IMG/VR virus record: IMGVR_UViG_3300022074_000038
Location: 1 to 61,593 of that record
DNA: 61,593 nucleotides
Source: a virus
Taxonomy: Duplodnaviria; Caudoviricetes
Direction: 5' to 3' (one strand)
The position numbers and the translations under genes are program-made. A model generated the notes under the pieces. That model saw only the letters and a list, made by a program, of their open reading frames with translations. It did no database searches and was not told the origin of the DNA. This document shows positions 60,054 through 61,593 of this stretch, piece after piece. How positions within the stretch are numbered: the first letter of the stretch is position 1; each line of letters starts with the position of its first letter.

Positions 60054-60470
60054 CTATAACTCCATGCGGTATGCTATATACTCTGAATAAAAGCCGTTCC
60101 CCCGTAAAGCTCTTTCCCAACCTTTTCTGCCATAACCCTCAAGATGTTGACAGTCATTTTCTTTTGCGAACCGACCTATCGTTTCAATAACAGTGTCTTT
60201 CCATTTGTGTAGTTTAGTGCCGCCAACAAAATCAAGAACCATAGATTTACGTCTTGGATATGTAGCTATCCTTGTTGTTATCGCAGCGACCATATTATCC
60301 TCTTCATCAAGAACTACCCAAAGAACGTACACATCAGTTAGAATGCCATTTAAAACGTCTATAAGATCTATTTTCCCTCTAGATGTATCCTCAACGCTCT
60401 TCCTTAGTAACTTTTCAACATCCTTCCAAATATGCTTTACAGCCTCTTTAGGAACTGTGCTTACCCTCAC
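60054..60470 (-). CDS. GNAT-like protein in the internal-virion cluster
   Basis: 138 aa; LWVV, FVGG, FAKENDC..LEGYGRKGWER. Confidence 0.55.
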   Translation of the reverse strand: MRVSTVPKEAVKHIWKDVEKLLRKSVEDTSRGKIDLIDVLNGILTDVYVLWVVLDEEDNMVAAITTRIATYPRRKSMVLDFVGGTKLHKWKDTVIETIGRFAKENDCQHLEGYGRKGWERALRGNGFYSEYIAYRMEL

Positions 60471-61471
60471 GCAACTGCCACCTTCTCTTTTAATTTCTTA
60501 GGAGCATCCTTACCAGCGTCATTAACTTCGTCTAAAAATCCCCCACCAAAAGCTTTTGTTATGGCGTCTGTAGATTCTTCTTTAAGTACAAACTCACCAT
60601 CAGTCAAAAGCACATCTTGTTCACGGTCCATCGTGGCTGGCACCATATCATCTTCTCCAGAACCATCGCCGGGGCCGTTTACCATCCCTTTGTCACCATT
60701 AGCAAAGCGTTCAATGGTGTCATCCAATGCACCTGACTGTACCTTATCAACCAGATCTCTTAGTGCCTCTTCGCCGTACTCTTTAAGGAATACGCCAAGT
60801 GCAACCTCTGGTGCGTCAGACAATCCTTTGACTGCTTTTACTGCCTCAACGATTACATCCTTTTCGTTCATCTCTTCTGATACAGTACCGCCCTCTGCGT
60901 AGTTTGTTAAAGCATTAGTCATAATGCCTGCCTGCATAGGGTTATAGTATCTGATCATCTCTTCTTCAGCGGTGCTATCCATGTTCTGCTTGGGCTGATA
61001 AGATCTAATGCGAGGCATAGGCGGTGGTATATCTACTTTTTCTTTCTCTGACATTTTAAAAGTAGGTGGGTTCATAGCATCGGCTATAAGCCCTGTGCTA
61101 AACCCAGTCCCTGCTGCGCCCAAGGCTCCTTCCACAGTTGTAGCCCCAATAGGCGCTGTAAGAGCTTTCTCGCCTATAAGGCTTGTTAAAAACTTATTTC
61201 CTGTAGTTTGCGCTGCCGCTGGCGCTGCCCCCGCCGCTGTCTGCGCAGTCGCTTGTGCCCCTGCACCGCCCAAAGCCCCTGCCGCACTGCTCATCAATTT
61301 GCCGCCAAACCCAGCAATAAGGCCTGTCTCAATACCTTTTCCTACATCACCTGTCTGCAAGAACGAGCCTAAACCTGCGCCAATACCAGATAGTAAAAAA
61401 GGGCTTGCCGCCATACCCGTGGCAGCGCCAAGAGCGGGTAGTCCAAGACTTAAAAGAAAAGGTAGGGCCAT
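60467..61471 (-). CDS. Internal virion / DNA transfer protein
   Basis: 334 aa; hydrophobic Gly/Ala N-terminus; GPGDGSGEDDMVPA..LTDGEFV motif. Confidence 0.65.
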   Translation of the reverse strand: MALPFLLSLGLPALGAATGMAASPFLLSGIGAGLGSFLQTGDVGKGIETGLIAGFGGKLMSSAAGALGGAGAQATAQTAAGAAPAAAQTTGNKFLTSLIGEKALTAPIGATTVEGALGAAGTGFSTGLIADAMNPPTFKMSEKEKVDIPPPMPRIRSYQPKQNMDSTAEEEMIRYYNPMQAGIMTNALTNYAEGGTVSEEMNEKDVIVEAVKAVKGLSDAPEVALGVFLKEYGEEALRDLVDKVQSGALDDTIERFANGDKGMVNGPGDGSGEDDMVPATMDREQDVLLTDGEFVLKEESTDAITKAFGGGFLDEVNDAGKDAPKKLKEKVAVA

Positions 61472-61528
61472 CTGTTTACCTCAAAGTTTTGTAGATCATA
61501 ACATCTACATCGTAAAAGTTCAATTGAA

Positions 61529-61593
61529 CTAATCTATCAGTTCAAAGTGCGGTCCATCAATGAAGGGCCTGCGTCCTTGACTCCTTCTTAAAT
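61529..61593 (-). CDS. 3' end of an M15-family peptidase endolysin (partial)
   Basis: Manual translation ...LRRSQGRRPFIDGPHFELID*; DxPHFEL is the C-terminal Zn-ligand motif of L-Ala-D-Glu peptidases. Confidence 0.7.
   Translation of the reverse strand, partial: LRRSQGRRPFIDGPHFELID

Overview
The window is a nearly complete genome of a tailed dsDNA phage, probably podovirus-like and probably marine; the host cannot be determined from the sequence. Two gene arms diverge from a control region at about 28.5-30.3 kb. The minus-strand arm (28.5 kb to 1, continuing 61.6 kb to 49 kb) encodes terminase, portal, GroES, scaffold, capsid, tail and fibre proteins, internal virion proteins, a holin-like protein and the 3' end of an M15 endolysin. 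The plus-strand arm (28.8-49 kb) encodes early and replication genes: an AAA/vWA module, PolA, a Cas4-like exonuclease, an SNF2 helicase, an SSB and a primase-helicase. Two systems stand out. (1) A lone RAMP/Cas7-like gene (37429-38265) is followed by a ~600-nt non-coding array of GGY-NN pentamers, cut into ~11 units by GGCGGTY anchors, and then an accessory ORF. This looks like a non-CRISPR RNA-guided system (VIPR-like). (2) An animal-like collagen-modification locus places a 93-triplet collagen tail fibre rich in Gly-Gln-Lys next to a prolyl-hydroxylase-like oxygenase and a COLGALT-like GT25 / PLOD-glycosyltransferase / lysyl-hydroxylase fusion. Also seen: a 15-bp palindrome repeated 9 times in the early arm, an iteron-like inverted repeat cluster, a candidate anti-Shine-Dalgarno sRNA, a possible pseudoknot before the primase, and an ectopic collagen-gene fragment. 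All protein assignments come from motif recognition by eye; no database searches were run.
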